From Anthoceros angustus (lineage: Eukaryota > Plantae > Anthocerotophyta), in assembly GCA_010909165.1 (NCBI GenBank), contig MU008187.1, forward strand, positions 562,247 through 626,246: 64,000 nt of DNA, read 5' to 3'. A model generated the notes under the pieces. It saw nothing but the letters and a program-made list of their open reading frames with translations, did not search any database and was not told where the DNA came from. Positions 1-13,493 of this stretch are shown one piece after another. The first letter of the stretch is position 1. Each line of letters starts with the position of its first letter. Position numbers and translations under genes: made by a program.

Positions 1-1937
1 CAGTATGGATGGAGATTACTGTGATGGTATTATTATTTTAAATGTAAGTTTTTTGCAGTTGATAGTAGGAAGGATTCTAGTGTGCTTAGTTTTGGCAATT
101 ACGACTAGACAAAATATGCACAATCTGTAGCTGCAATGAGAGTGCTTGAGCCAAGCCAGATAAAAACGTATGAGCAGCTATTTTTTGAAGAAGTTACTCG
201 ACTTAGAGATAATGTCCAAGGTGTTATCCAAGCAACTGTTGTTTCTGAGCATGCATGTTTATTGTTGCTCAGCCAACCTGCCCAAGTAACAAGAACTTGC
301 TTTTTCTTTGAAATCCAAATGTTTATAATGGCTTCCTCTGCATTTTTAAATAATGCCCCTATGTTGTTTTACACCTTGCAATTCAGGGACCTACTCAGAA
401 TGATGGGGTTGTTTGTGAAGCTGTAAGATTGTCTGTCTAGCTTTGAAATTATCTACATCATATAGCTTGGTGATTTTCTAAACTGTAAGAATGAGAATCC
501 ATCTACATGTATGTGTGGCAAGTGGAGATATTACTGATTTTGTGGAGGTAGGTGCATGATTAGGTTCAGAAGTGCAAGAGGCATGTTTCTATTCTAATTC
601 AACAACAGGTACAAGGAGCAGTCATTTTGGGAAAAAAAATACCCCTAAATTTGAGCAGAAGGTTTTAAAGATTTGTAATCAATAGGAAGAACAGTATAGG
701 ATTGAGGAGAAAAGGCAAAAAGCATTGGAGATATGTAGGAGGAAAGAGCAGCAAAGGCAGTGGCAGTTTCTACAATTCAGCCCCTAATACAGGCAAAATC
801 AACAAGGTGAGCAGAATCAGCAAATTGGGCTAAACCACGAGGGTGGACAAAACCGGATTGGACAGAATCATCCATATTTCAAAACTGGAATATAGATTGT
901 GTGCAATACTCTGACTTAACCGTCAAATTGCTGTCTCATTTCTCCTAGCTGTAGATGAAAGTGTCGAGAAGTATAATTGGGCACAGCACCCAGGAGTCAC
1001 AGAAATTAGTGACCCCCAAATCATATACCCAATATATCCCCAGCACATGCATCACACTTTGGAGCCAGCATGCATAGTAGATTACAAACAATTCCGCTGC
1101 ACCTACGCTAACTTTGCAGTGGCTAATTAAACGTCAGAATGCCTCGCCAAAAATCTAATTCTGGAAATTATGGATCAAGCGCCGCGTCTCCTTCAGACGG
1201 AGACCAACGCCGTCGCTTTGACGTCGGGAATCAACCACATTCGAGAGTCTCCGGCCTGCCGGTCTCCTTAACTCTCCTCACTTTTCTGCAACGAACACGC
1301 ACAGCAAGCAATACACATCTGCTGCAAGCATGAGACAAGGCCATTTCCACAAGCATCAAGGAGGGAATTTTGCCACACACTTGTACACGCTCATGAGCGA
1401 ACACAAAATGCTCATGAAGTACAGATGAAATATAGGCTTCTTGCTCTCAAGGTGGAGATTTCCAAAGTGAGTTCGTGGGTGGAAGAACTGGCGTTTGATC
1501 TGCAAACCCTATGCAAGCAATTTATTGACACCTTCGGCTTGGATCAAGGATCGAAGAGCAGGGGCTCTTCAATTTTCTGAAGATTTTCCTCAAGCCAAAG
1601 CAAGCTTCCCGTGTGCACATCCTTGCGACATCGGAAGCCGTGAAGCGTCACGGTGACAGACAGCGGAACTACACCAAGCAAGGGACGCCATTAGAAGCGA
1701 ACAGCATATGGCTGCTGAGCCGCATGAGCGAGCAACCATCGGACACAAGAAATCAAGGGACGCCAAGAAACTGGAAGGACGCGAACCTACCTTCCCATAA
1801 CCGTCTCGGCCCCCTCTTCACATGCACTGCCCGCGACGGTTCTCCCTCCCTGTCGCCTGATCATATTTTTCCTTTCCTTCCCCCATCTCTTGTACATACC
1901 CACCGGTTTTTAGAACGTCATCAGTCCTACCTCCACC

Positions 1938-2430
1938 ATGGCCGGCACAGGTCAAGGACAAGGAACGGACTGGATGACCGGATTGAGCAACGCCGCGGGT
2001 CTCCTCTTCGGCGGCCCGGCGCTGTCATCAACCAAAACCTCTCCATCCTTCTTTGGCGCTTTACGGCCACCTGGTTCTGCTGCGGCACAAACTCAAGGAA
2101 CTGCGGGCAGCTCTTCTTCCGAACCCCCGGCAGGGTTCGGATTTCTCAACCCACTGCCGCCTCTAGGGGCTGGATTTGGAGCTCCACTGCCAGCAGGAGT
2201 GGGAGCTGCCAATCCGCCGCTTGGCGCCGGAGCTGGCCAAGGAAATCCACTGCCTGGAGTTGGAGCGGGACTTGGCGCGCAAAGCCCCTATCTTTCTGCC
2301 TTTCAGAACCCACTGTTTGGGGCTGGAGGAGCACTCGGGCAACCTCAGCCTGGCATCGGAGCAGGGCTTTCTGCCCAACCTGTGCCTGGAGGTCTCGGGA
2401 ACCCTTAGCCTGGTCTCGGAGGAGGACTTG
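1938..2430 (+). pseudogene. Gly/Pro-rich low-complexity ORF remnant (possibly the N-terminus of a retrotransposon gag), cut by the Copia LTR at 2431
   Basis: 156-aa G/P/A/L-rich ORF. The same composition continues past the TAG (PGLGGGL) up to the LTR edge. No diagnostic domain recognised. Confidence 0.3.
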
Positions 2431-2700
2431 TGATAAAATACATATAGTTTAGGGCACTATTCACTAGGGCACCTTTACTTATGCTTTAATTTATCTCTAG
2501 GGCATTAAGTAGTTACTTAGTTAGTTGTCCTAGGAGGTTAGTTGTTATATTAGTTACAACCAACTGGCGGTTATAACAACTTATGGTTATAACCGCCTAA
2601 CCACCTAACCACCTTGCCTATAAATAGGCTTTGTACTTTCTATTATACACATTGTAATGCAAGCATCTTTTATGCTTAGAGCTTAGCATGATTTTCATCA
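2431..2700 (+). repeat. 5' LTR of Copia A (270 bp)
   Basis: Imperfect inverted termini TGATAAAAT...ATTTTCATCA, TATAAATA at 2619-2626, immediately followed by a PBS. Confidence 0.8.
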
Positions 2701-2712
2701 TGGTATCATAGC
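2701..2712 (+). promoter_or_regulatory. Primer binding site, initiator tRNA-Met type
   Basis: TGGTATCATAGC versus canonical TGGTATCAGAGC, directly after the LTR 3' CA. Confidence 0.8.
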
Positions 2713-5426
2713 AGCTTTGCTCTTGATGCTAGAGCTACTTGCCTATTTCCTCCTAAGGCATCTATTCTCCTATGCTTTCTTTCCAACTAGATCTTTAAAT
2801 GGAACTTCTATGCGCTGGAGATCTCGCCTTTGAAATGGATCAAGCTCAAGATCATGCTTTAAGGATGCACAATTTGTGCATCAAATCCTTGCCCTTGCAC
2901 CATGAATTCACCAAATCCCACTAAACAAGGAGTTGGAGAAATATCAAGGCGCAAGGCAAGAGAAGCCAGAAGGACCACAAAAACAACAAAGTGCATGGCT
3001 GTGAAGAGCTTGAAGTAGTCTCTAAACAAGTTGCTAATTTCATTGGATCTATTTTGATTAAGTCACCAGATCAAGGGAATTTGATTAGACTTGCTAGACA
3101 AGACCTACTTACCTCTTTTGATTTGTTGCAAGTTTCTGCAATCCAATTAGCTCTTCAACATATTCCTAACTTGGTTGCTGGCCCTTCATTTCCCGGCTTG
3201 AATAATTTGCTAGAAACTCTTGGTTGCATAAAGAGTAACATTAGACTTACCCAAAAATCCAATCATTCTAATTTTGCCTTTTTGCAACAAGAAATTAGCA
3301 ATATTCGAGATCATCTAGATAGGCTCCTTCCCAAAGGAGATTCTGATTTTGATGATGAGATGATATTCCAGATATAGCTGGCCGAGATGATCGCCCGAAT
3401 GCGCATGTCCTTTCTCGCCTGGCGATCGGAAACCAAGTGCGCCTATCGGACAAATTAATCGTCTATTTTGAACTCACTGCGATGGTCGGAGTGAATGTTG
3501 ACGACTCGATTAATCAACTTGAAAAAGTTAAAAAGCAGTGGCTAGAGGAGCAGAAGGCCAAATGGCTTGAAGATGAGAAGAAGAGTTGGGAAGCCAAAAA
3601 GGCTAAAGAGAAAGAAAATTCAAACATGATCCAAAGACGTCCACGACAGTGGTTCATGGAGATAGCTTTAAGGAGAAGGATAGATTCAATGGAAAAGGAT
3701 ATGATGTATGGAGTATTCGCATGAAAGGAGTATTGCGTGAACTATGGGATATAGTGAGTGGTTCCAATGATCGTCCCATGTGGGATTCGACTCTATAGAA
3801 GAATGGGACAATAAGGATCAAGGCCCAAGATATTCTAGTGAGTGGACAAATCCATGGTTCGCCAAGTCAAGCCGATTCCTCCAAGGACATGTGGGACCGC
3901 CTTGCCGCTTATATATTCATCTAAGGATGTAATGAGCTTGTTGTCGCCCACCGCAATTTTCATAATCTCAAGATGAGAGAGAATGACTCCATTGATAATC
4001 ATATCGATTTTCGAATCGCCAAGTCCAACCTTGAAGATCCGCACCAAGTTGACCGAACAATCCTCATGACTCTTCTCGCCTCTACCACCCTCCCAGGCTT
4101 TCGTGACTACTCAAAATGCAGTTCTCGAACCGCCAGAAATCATGAAGCCTCGGTGATGCCGCTTGGATTTAAGCGTCACCGAATTGATTGGAGCAATCAG
4201 ACAGGAGGACCAAAGTCTTCGACATGAATCCAGATCAACCAGATAGTAGGTGATGTTCACGGAAGGGGTAGAGGAAGAGGTCGAGGCCGAGGTCGGCAGG
4301 AGGACTGCTTTCTTCACCCAATCCCAACCAATATTCACGGTGAATACTGCCTTCTTCAAAGACCGCAAGAGGTAATAAGAAGGAGTTATTTGTAATTGGT
4401 GCACCAACCATATGGAGAAGGACTGCAAGAAGAACGCGAGCCTAGGAAGGAGGCCGCCTCGAGCATGTTGTAGTGAAGAAACAATCTTCCACAACACCGC
4501 AGCTCTCACCGCTCGCATGGCATCATCAAAGCCATCAAACCAATATTGGTATTTAGACAGTGGAGCTACATTACATATCTGTCACAACAAAAACTCTTTT
4601 GAGTCTTATTCGCCAGCCACAAGACACCAGACTGTCCTACTGGACGACCTCTAGATATGCAATGCAAGGGTGTTGTGAGGAGGCCAAAGCTATGACTCCG
4701 AGAGCGATGTGTGAGGAATTTGCGTGTTGTTCTCGTGGGGAGAGTGTGTTTGTGCCACAATGTGCGAGCTACTCCCTCCTGCAGTTATTGGTTGCACTTA
4801 TATATCTGCGTATTAGATTTGTTTGCTTGGTTGTTGGTCGAGGAAGTGCTTATATGAATTCAAGTGCTTACCGTGCAACACTAAATATAGCGATGGGGAG
4901 GCTGTTCAAGGAGCTACACACACTTGCAGTTGGAAGTCATGATGAACATAGCCCTTCATCGGACTTGAACCCGCCCCGGCAATGATCGAACACCCTTTGC
5001 CTCACCGCGTGTCATGCATGATGGATGACATGCCTCGAGATGTCGGCACGGCTTTCCGATTTCGTGGCTTGCAAGCGGGCAAGGGATTTTGGGATGTCTT
5101 TGTTCCTTCGGGGAGCGGACATGATGATGGGGGAGGGTAGCCAAGCGTTGGGCGTTGCTTTCGCAAAAGCAGGGGCCCAGCTGGAAGATGTTGCAACCCC
5201 TCGCCTGGTTGGGGACTCATTCTCACCAATCCGCCCCGATATGAGGGCCTACTCGACACGGGTGCCCGTTGGTCGAGCGCGACCCACAAAGCATGACCGT
5301 TGGATTTGCGGCCCTTGTCATGTTATTCCCGACTACCACAGGTTTGTTGTGCCCGCCCCCGTCGACATGGTGACCGGACTTGAGTCGAAAGGCGTAAGGT
5401 AAACGCCACGTCGGCTGCGTTCTGAG

Positions 5427-8400
5427 AGAGACAAGCAAGCGGGCGATCTAATGCTCAAGTTTGTCTTAACTTTGCGATTAAACGTCCTCCCAAACGTGTC
5501 ATGTACCACGTCTTATTGCCCGTCAAATTGTAGTAGTGGAGGCGGAAATCTGCCAGGCGCCCAAGAGAAAGAGCAGGAGGAAATTGAGGAAGAAGAGAAG
5601 GGAGAAGAAGGTTGGGGCGCAACCCAACACTTGCCAAGCTTGTGAGGGTGACCACGAGGGTGGAACGTGGCAGGATTGCAAGGAAACCGTGAAGGGAGAG
5701 CTCCCAAATTGCTGTGGCAAGTATAAGAGTCTGTTGGGAAATTGAGGTGAGCTTTCTCTTGCAAACTCACAGCGGGGAAAGTTGGGGTTTTTGAGGACGC
5801 CAAGGTGTAAGGGCTTCAGGAGGAGAGCAAGGACAAGGACCTTGGTGTGGAGAGCAGGAGCAAATCGCTGAGCAGGAGAAACGCCTGAGTGGGTAAGGCG
5901 CAAGTCTGCAAAACTGCAGGAGAAGCATCTCTTTTCTTCAATTTCGTGCAGGTACTAACCAAGGAGGCCATGACTAAGCCTACCATGACCAAGGACAAGG
6001 AGGTGGCTGCTAAGGATGGGGCGTCCACAAAGGGAGGTGGCGCTGGAGCGGATAAGAAGTCTAAGGCAGGAGGTGCAGACTGCGGAAAGTGGAAATTTGA
6101 CATGCCACTGTTTACGTGCTATACAGGCCAATTGTCCTCCAGGGACCTTTCAGACTTTCGGCCTTGGGCAACAAAAGAGAACATCCAGCTAGAGTGGGTG
6201 TATGGGAGGCATTGATCTTACACCAACCTTGAGTTGATTGAGGAATGTTTTGCTAACTTGCAACAGATGGAAGAGGAATTAGCTGCCTTGCCGGATAGGA
6301 ACGCACGAACGGATCCGCGATGCTGGACCGTCAGGAGCATACGACAAGTATATGGCAGGCCAGACAGCGAGGATAGCGGGATCACATTGATGGAAGGAGC
6401 AGTGAGGCAAGCGTGCATCAACGGACCTTCCCAAGGAGCCTCACACTCATGCGAGGGGATGAAGGCTAAAACCAAGAACGATTGGCGGACGGACCAGATA
6501 TTGGAGCCCAAGTGGAGATTTTTCACAAAGATTGTTTTGGGCTTGGTAAGCAATACGAGAGTGTCGTACTTCAGCACCACCTTCCTCCATTTTTTGTGGA
6601 AGATCACTCAAGGAGCAAAGCTGGATTGGGGACTAATCATGTATAAAGCTTACATCTACCACCGGGAGAAGTTGCTGAAGCCCAACACGTCGGATGAAGA
6701 TAGTCCACGGCCATGCTATCTTAGCACCTATCTAGTACATCTCTGGGAAGTAGAGGGGCTGCTCACAAGTAAGGAGTTGGATGATTCCAAGCACCCCTTT
6801 AACGTTATACATCTATAGCCGGGGGAGGGACATGGATTGCTTGGCACTTTGCAGATAAAGGAGGTACCGGCACCACAGGACATTGTTCTTTGGAAGGAAT
6901 CCTCAACATAGGCGGAGGATGCTGAGAGGACCTACAAGGAGAAGTTGTAGGGGGATTTGAAGTTTGGACATTGTACATCTTCCAACAATGTGTGGCATGT
7001 ACAATGTTGAAGGTTGCTTGAATCATCCAATTCCGCTTGTAGCGACCTCTACTTCCAGTGTGCGATAAGTCGATAGCGGTAGTGGACTCCATCTCAATGC
7101 GTTAGGCTAGAGCTTCTCCGTAGGTGTAAGCTTCACATGATTAATCCCAATCCATTTTATCTTCCACAAAATGCGGGAAGGTGGGTGATACGCATGCCGC
7201 GCCATGAGGAGAGACAAGCAAGGACGATCTAATGCTCAAGTTTGTCTTAACTTTACAACGCAAGAAGCGTCTCCCAAACGTGTCATGTACCACGCCTCTT
7301 GTGCCCGCCAAATTGTAGTAGTGAGGCGGAAATGCCAGCGCCAAGAGAAAGATGGTGAGGAAATTGAGGAAGAAGAGAAGGGAGAAGAAGGTTGGGGCGC
7401 AACCCAACACTTCTGCCAAGCTTGTGAGGGTGACGAGGGTGGAACGTGGGGATTGCAAGGAAAGTGAAGGAGAGCTCCCAAATTGCTGTGGCAAGTATAA
7501 GAGTCATTGGGAAATTGAGGTGAGCTTTCTTGCAAACTCCGGGAAAGTTGGGGTTTTTGAGGACGCCAAGGTGTAAGGGCTTCAGGAGGAGAGCAAGGAC
7601 AAGGACCTTGGTGTGAGGCAGAGCAAATCAGAAAGGTGAGAAACGCTGCTGTGGGTAGGAAGTCGCGCGGTGCAATTGCAGGAGAAGCATCTCTTTTCTT
7701 CAATTTCGTGCAAGTACTAACCAAGGAGGCCATGACTAAGCCTACCATGACCAAGGACAAGGAGGTGGCTGCCAAGGATGGGGCGTCCACCAAGGGAGGT
7801 GGCGAGAGGAAAAGAAGTCTAAGCGGTGAGGTGCACTCGGGAAAGTGGAAATTGACATGCCACTACGTGCTATACACCAATTGTCCTCCGGGACCTTTCA
7901 CTTTGGCCTTGGGCAACAAAGAGAACATCCGCTAGAGTGGCGGGAGGCATTGGTCTTACACCAACCTTGAATTGATTGAGGAATGTTTTGCTAACTTGCA
8001 ACAGACGGAAGAGGAATTGGCTGCCTTGCCGGATAGGAACGCACGGACGGATCCGCGATGCTGGACCGTAAGGAGCATACGACAAGTATATGGCAGGCCG
8101 GATAGCGAGGATAGCGGGATCACATTGATGGAAGGAACGAGTGGAGGCAAGCGTGCATCAACAGCGGACCTTCCCAAGGGAGCCCTCACACTCATGCAGG
8201 GGGGGATGAAGGCTAAAACCAAGAACGGTTGGCGGACGGACCAGATATTGGAGCCCAAGTGGAGATTGTTCACAAAGATTGTTTTGGGCTTGGTAAGCAA
8301 TCCGAGAGTGTCGTACTTCAGCACCACCTTCCTCCATTTTTGTGAAGATTACTAAGGAGCAAAGGCGGATTGGGACTAATCATGGAAAGCTTACATCTAC

Positions 8401-9882
8401 CACGGAGAAGTCAAGCCCAACGCGTCGGATGAAGATAGTCCACATGCTATCTTAGCACCTATCTAGTACATCTCTGGGAAGTAGAGGGGCTGCTCACAAG
8501 TAAGGAGTTGGATGATTCCAAGCACCCCTTTAACGTTGCCATGCCGGGAAGGACATGGATTGCTTGGCGTTGCGATGAAGGAGGCCGGCAGCACCACTGG
8601 GACATTGGAAGGAATCCCTCCAAAGATAGGCGGAGGATGAGGGACCCAAGGAGAAGTTGTAGATTTGAAGTTTGGACATTGTACATCTTCCAACAATAAT
8701 GTTGTCAGATGTACAATGTTGAAGGGTGCTTGGAATCATCCAATTCCTTGCTTGTGAGCACCCTCTACTTCCCATAGGTGTACACGATAAGGCCGAGATA
8801 GCACTAGCAGACTCTTCATCGATGCGTTAGGCAGACTTCTCCGGTGGTAGGTGTAAGCTTCACATGATTAATCCCAATCCGCTTTGCTCACAGTTATCTT
8901 CCACAAAAATGCGGGAAGGTGGTGAATGACCCGATTGCTTACCAAGCCTAAGAGAATCTTCGTGAACAATCTCCACTTGGACTCCATTATTCGGGTCCGC
9001 CCAATCATTCTTGGTCTTGACCTTCATTCGCATGAGTGTGAGGCTCCTTGGGAAGGTCTGCTGTGATGCTCGCTTTTCCACTGCCTCTTCCATCAAGGTG
9101 ATCCCACTATCCTCACCGTCGTCGCCATACACTTGCCGATACTTCATCGCCCAGCATCGTGGATCCGTCTGCGTTCGTGTTCGCAAGGCGACCCAATTCT
9201 TCCCCATTGCGGGTTAGCAAAACATTCTTCAATTAATTCAAGGTTGGTGTAAGACCGGTACCTCCCATACACCCACTCTTGGATGTTCTCCTTCTAATGC
9301 CCAATGCCAAGGTCTCGGAGAAGCATTTATAGCACATAAACCGTGGCATGTCAAATTTCCACTTCAAGTCTGCACCTCCCCTTAGACTTTAATTCGTCCT
9401 CGCGCCACCTCCTTGGTGGACGCCCCATCCTTGGTAGCCACCTCCTGCCCTTGGTCGGGTAGGTTTAGTCATGGCTTCCTTGGTGAGCTCCCTGCACGAA
9501 ATTGAGGAAAGGTGTGCTTCGCCTGCACCCTACATCACCGCCACCTCCTACCCCACGATAGGCGTTTTCCTTCTCAACGCGATTTGCTCCGCCACTCACG
9601 CCTAGGACCTTGTCCTTGCTCTCAACCACTTGGCCCTTACATCTTGGCGTCTTCAAACCCCAACTTCTCCTCATGAGTTGCAAGAGAAAGCTCACACAAT
9701 TGCCAACATACTCTTATACTTGCCAGCAATTTGGGAGCTCTCCTCTCGCGATTTCCTTGCAATCCTGCCATGCTCCACCCTCCTGGGCACCCTCACGAGC
9801 TTGGCAAGTGTGTTGCGCCCCAACCTTCTTCTCCTTCTCCTCTTCTTTTTCTCGCACTTGGCGCTGGCGGATTTCCGCCTCC
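5427..9882. repeat. ~1.78-kb tandem duplication (5427/7206) plus a long inverted repeat (arms ~7322-8540 and ~8710-9882) of a degenerate TE accessory ORF
   Basis: The same peptides recur on + at 5536-6818 and 7352-8530 (KKVGAQPNT, FFNFVQVLTKEAMT, RTDPRCW, EDSGITLME) and on - at 8860-9882. 6997-7200 is also the start of the inverted arm. Confidence 0.85.
5536..6818 (+). pseudogene. Degenerate plant transposon accessory protein (PMD/Transposase_32-like by inference)
   Basis: Interrupted reading frame containing LELIEECFANL, LDWGLIMY and PCYLSTYLVHLW, reminiscent of extra ORFs in plant retrotransposons. No database confirmation. Confidence 0.4.
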
Positions 9883-10830
9883 TTGTTGAGCTCACGCCCT
9901 CCTTCTCCTTCTCAACACGGGCATGTGTATGGTGCGATGTGTAGGGAGCCTTAAGAAGCTCATGGCGGGCGCGCCTTCTGCAGTGAGGCCGCTCCTTGAG
10001 TTTCGAGATGTGGCCTTCTGCACACCGCACCACTTTTATAGATCACCCAAGGTTAGAAAAGTAACTACCATTCTATCCTACCCTTGGATTTGTGCCACGG
10101 CACCTATCCCACCATTGATGTTAGTTTCCTAATTCCCTTCTACTAAAATATCATTTCCCCTATTTTCCTAATTTCTATTTACTGATATTAGCCTCTAATT
10201 TCCTAATTACCTATTTTAGCCTATTTATCTAGTCCACTAAAAGACCCTATATATAGCAAGCCTATCTTGCCTAAGACATAGGCTACCTTCCTTAGCAACC
10301 CATCTCACTGGTGGACTCCTCCAAACTCATAGTTTTTGCCTTTTCTCCTCACATATTGTTTCGAGTATTCTTTTCCTTGCATATAGTTGCCTTCCTCGAC
10401 AGGTTTCTACAACTCACTAAAGGCAACTTTTCTTGCATGTATCCACAAATCATTTCTAGAAGATTTGAAAGCACAGAAACAAACTCCGCCAACTAGCTGC
10501 CCAAACTTTTACCTTTATACAAAGCTCAAGACTATTCCCTTACTTTATATAGTTGCCATACCCTATGAATCAGGTGGAAGAGCTTGGACTCTTTTGGCAC
10601 ATATATTCAATGCATATTGCTACAATACATTCACATACATTTCATGACAAATGTATCACATATACATACATACATTTACATCACATCTCTTCACCCAACA
10701 TACAGTTACATAGTCTGGTCAAACATGACCACCTTACCATTACTCTCGAATAGTTGTGGTGTACTGGACTGGATGCACCATATTGAGTTGAATTTTCTTG
10801 TACACTAGTTGGTTGGATACATGATAGCTC

Positions 10831-10845
10831 ATATATATATATATA

Positions 10846-10894
<49 letters not shown>

Positions 10895-10914
10895 ATATAT
10901 ATATATATATATAT
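10831..10914. repeat. (AT)n microsatellite
   Basis: Direct inspection. Confidence 0.95.
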
Positions 10915-11640
10915 GTACGCTTGGTATGTATGTATGGTGTACAAACTTCCTACAATTTTTCTGTGCGGTTGGTTTGCTCATACCTCTTGTTCCAATTTGT
11001 TGTCTTGGATTTTCCTTTGCTTAAGTCACTTGCTGGCGGCCTTTTCCTTTGATTGCAACTTTAATGTATACCAAATACGTGTGTAGTAGGGTTTGGTTTT
11101 CACTTTCCTTTGCTCGGTGCCATGGATCCACCATTCCGGCAATCCATGCCAAGGAGGTCCCTTTTTGGGTGATGAAGGGGGGGACGAAGAGTTGCCCACC
11201 GGACTGGCCTTGCGTTTTACAGCATCTAGGGCGTCTCGGGCTTGGTGTGCTTGGGGATGTTCTGGGTTTCCTTGCTGCTGATTTTTTGTCTCATCACCAT
11301 GAGTCATGGGTCATGGTGAGTTTCATGTTTCTTAAACAGCATGATTGTGTACACTCCACACTTGCTTTGGATGATGGCATTTGTGGTATAATGTTCCTGG
11401 ATGAACTCATGCTCTATACATCGTGCTCTTTTTGGTTGGCTTTTGGTGACTTCAAAGATAGTGGTTGCCATCCTCTAGCTACTTCTTTGGTCTTTATCCT
11501 GTTGATTTCACATACAATGTGTTTCATTTGCCCATCCACGATCCGTTGACTAATAACCCCTAATCTAGGGCACCATAAAAATTTGAGCTGACAATGAGTC
11601 ATGCAAGTCCTCAAAGGAAATTGGCAAGTTGGCTTATATG

Positions 11641-11648
11641 TTACATAC

Positions 11649-11682
<34 letters not shown>

Positions 11683-12038
11683 ACATATACATACATACAT
11701 ATTCATATATATACCTCTATATATACATTATACACATATATATACATATATATATATACATATATACATACATACATACACACTATATATATATATACAT
11801 ATACATACATATATATATACATACACATATATATATATATATATATATACATATATATATACATACATACATACACATATATATACATACATACATACAT
11901 ATACATACATACATATATATACATACATACATACATATACATATATACATACATACATATACATACATACATACATATATACATATATATATATATACAT
12001 ATATACATACATATATATATACATACATATACATATAT

Positions 12039-12069
<31 letters not shown>

Positions 12070-12130
12070 CATACATATATATATATATATATATACATAT
12101 ATATATACATATATATATATATATACATAT

Positions 12131-12165
<35 letters not shown>

Positions 12166-12250
12166 CATACATACATACATACATATATATTGTACATATA
12201 TGTTTGCATATACACATACATATTTGCATATACACACACATACACACACA
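11641..12250. repeat. ~610-bp compound (TA)n/(TACA)n microsatellite
   Basis: Direct inspection. It produces the spurious Y/I/H/T-rich ORFs in the track. Confidence 0.95.
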
Positions 12251-12489
12251 TCTAAGCAAATCTAAGCAACACGGCAAAGGACCTCGTCCTCCCACAGCTG
12301 GCGGTGCCAAGGATAACAAATCTAGCTCAACCAAGCGTCTTGGATCGCATGGCAGTGCGGTGTCACTAGGAACGAGTCTTGAAGAAGAAATGAGAACCCA
12401 AAAAGGCCGAGAAGACTACTAAACAAGCTGAGGCCCATACTGTCTCCAAGGATAAGCCTTCTCAGGCTAGCTCTTCACAACGACAACCT

Positions 12490-13251
12490 GTGGTAATGAC
12501 AACATGCCTCTCGGCGGCTTCTAACTCTGGTGACTCTTGGTATCTTGACTCTGGAGCCACCACACACATCTGCCACAATCGTTCCCTGTTGAGCAACTTT
12601 GTCCCCCTTTACACCACAGAACGTGTGTTGCTTGGGGATGAACTTACAAGGACAAGCCTCAAGATCCTCGGTCGTGGCTCCTGTTGTTTTCAACAGTCTG
12701 ATGGAGAGCTTCTCCAACTCGACAACGTCCTTTATGTTCCTGACATGGCCAAGCACCTGCTGTCAGTTAGTCAGCTCATGAAATTACGTCGTTTCCAGCT
12801 TACTTTCACCTCTGCTGGCTGCTTGCTTTCCCAGACAGGTTCCAAGTCTGTCGTAGCACGAGGTGTTCTTGAGGATGACCTGTACAGGTTAGACATACGT
12901 TGTGTTCTAGCTAAGAGTGTTCGGGTAGTCGAAAAATCACAAACCTCACTAGCTCAACTGTGGCATGCTAACCGAGACAAGCTAGGTCACGCTAACCGAG
13001 ACAAGCTCATTAAAATGTCCACTCTTGAGTGCTACCGTGAACACTTACCTAGGTGTTTTAAGGAGCTTCCCCTTTGCGAGTCTTGTGTCCTGGCTAAACA
13101 AAAGGAGCTCCCTTTTCCACATACTCCAGCTTTCCAAACCAGCCATGTCCTTGATCTTGTGCATGTCGACATTTCTGGCAAGATTCATGTTCCGTCCTTG
13201 GGTGGCTCTCTTTATTACTTGACCATCACTGACGACTACAGCCGTTATTCA
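12490..13251 (+). pseudogene. Copia X pol fragment: protease, GAG-pre-integrase zinc finger, integrase N-terminus
   Basis: WYLDSGATTHIC, LWH..LGH, CESCVLAK, LDLVHVDI, YYLTITDDYSRYS. Confidence 0.92.
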
Positions 13252-13493
13252 TGACGATTTACATCGAATTGGAGGTGGATTAAATCAGAATAAATACATT
13301 GTGTATATATTATCAACAAGAAGATAAAAGATCAAAAGCATGAAAAGACAACTTAACTAAAACGAAAAGGTACGTCTATTCACTAAGGGACGCAACCCTA
13401 ACGAACGGGTATTAAGCCTGACTCAACTTAAATTAATTACCCAAGCAATAATAACTTAACCCCAGGTTTGACATTCATCACTATATCTCTTCA
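13252..13493 (-). repeat. 5' LTR of Copia Y (242 bp), lying in an inverted block
   Basis: Reverse complement of 45556-45797 with 3 substitutions by eye. TG..CA ends. Flanked by ACCAA (TTGGT at 13494-13498). Confidence 0.9.

Larger units (their letters stand above)
2431..4654 (+). mobile_element. Ty1/Copia LTR retrotransposon A, 5' portion (LTR, PBS, extra ORF, degenerate gag, protease), 3'-truncated
   Basis: LTR and PBS at the 5' end; gag-like segments (LKMRENDSIDNHI, C-NWC knuckle remnant); Copia protease motif WYLDSGATLHIC at ~4545-4580. Confidence 0.85.

Noticed and set aside
1-1130. ORF 136-426 and a possible old gag remnant
   Set aside because: No recognisable domain; heavily decayed.
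11594-12422. Long Tyr/Ile/His/Thr-rich ORFs on both strands
   Set aside because: They are translations of a stop-free TA/TACA microsatellite.
12961-13010. Duplicated HANRDKL in the integrase zinc finger of Copia X
   Set aside because: A short local duplication in a dead or noisy copy; likely slippage or consensus error.
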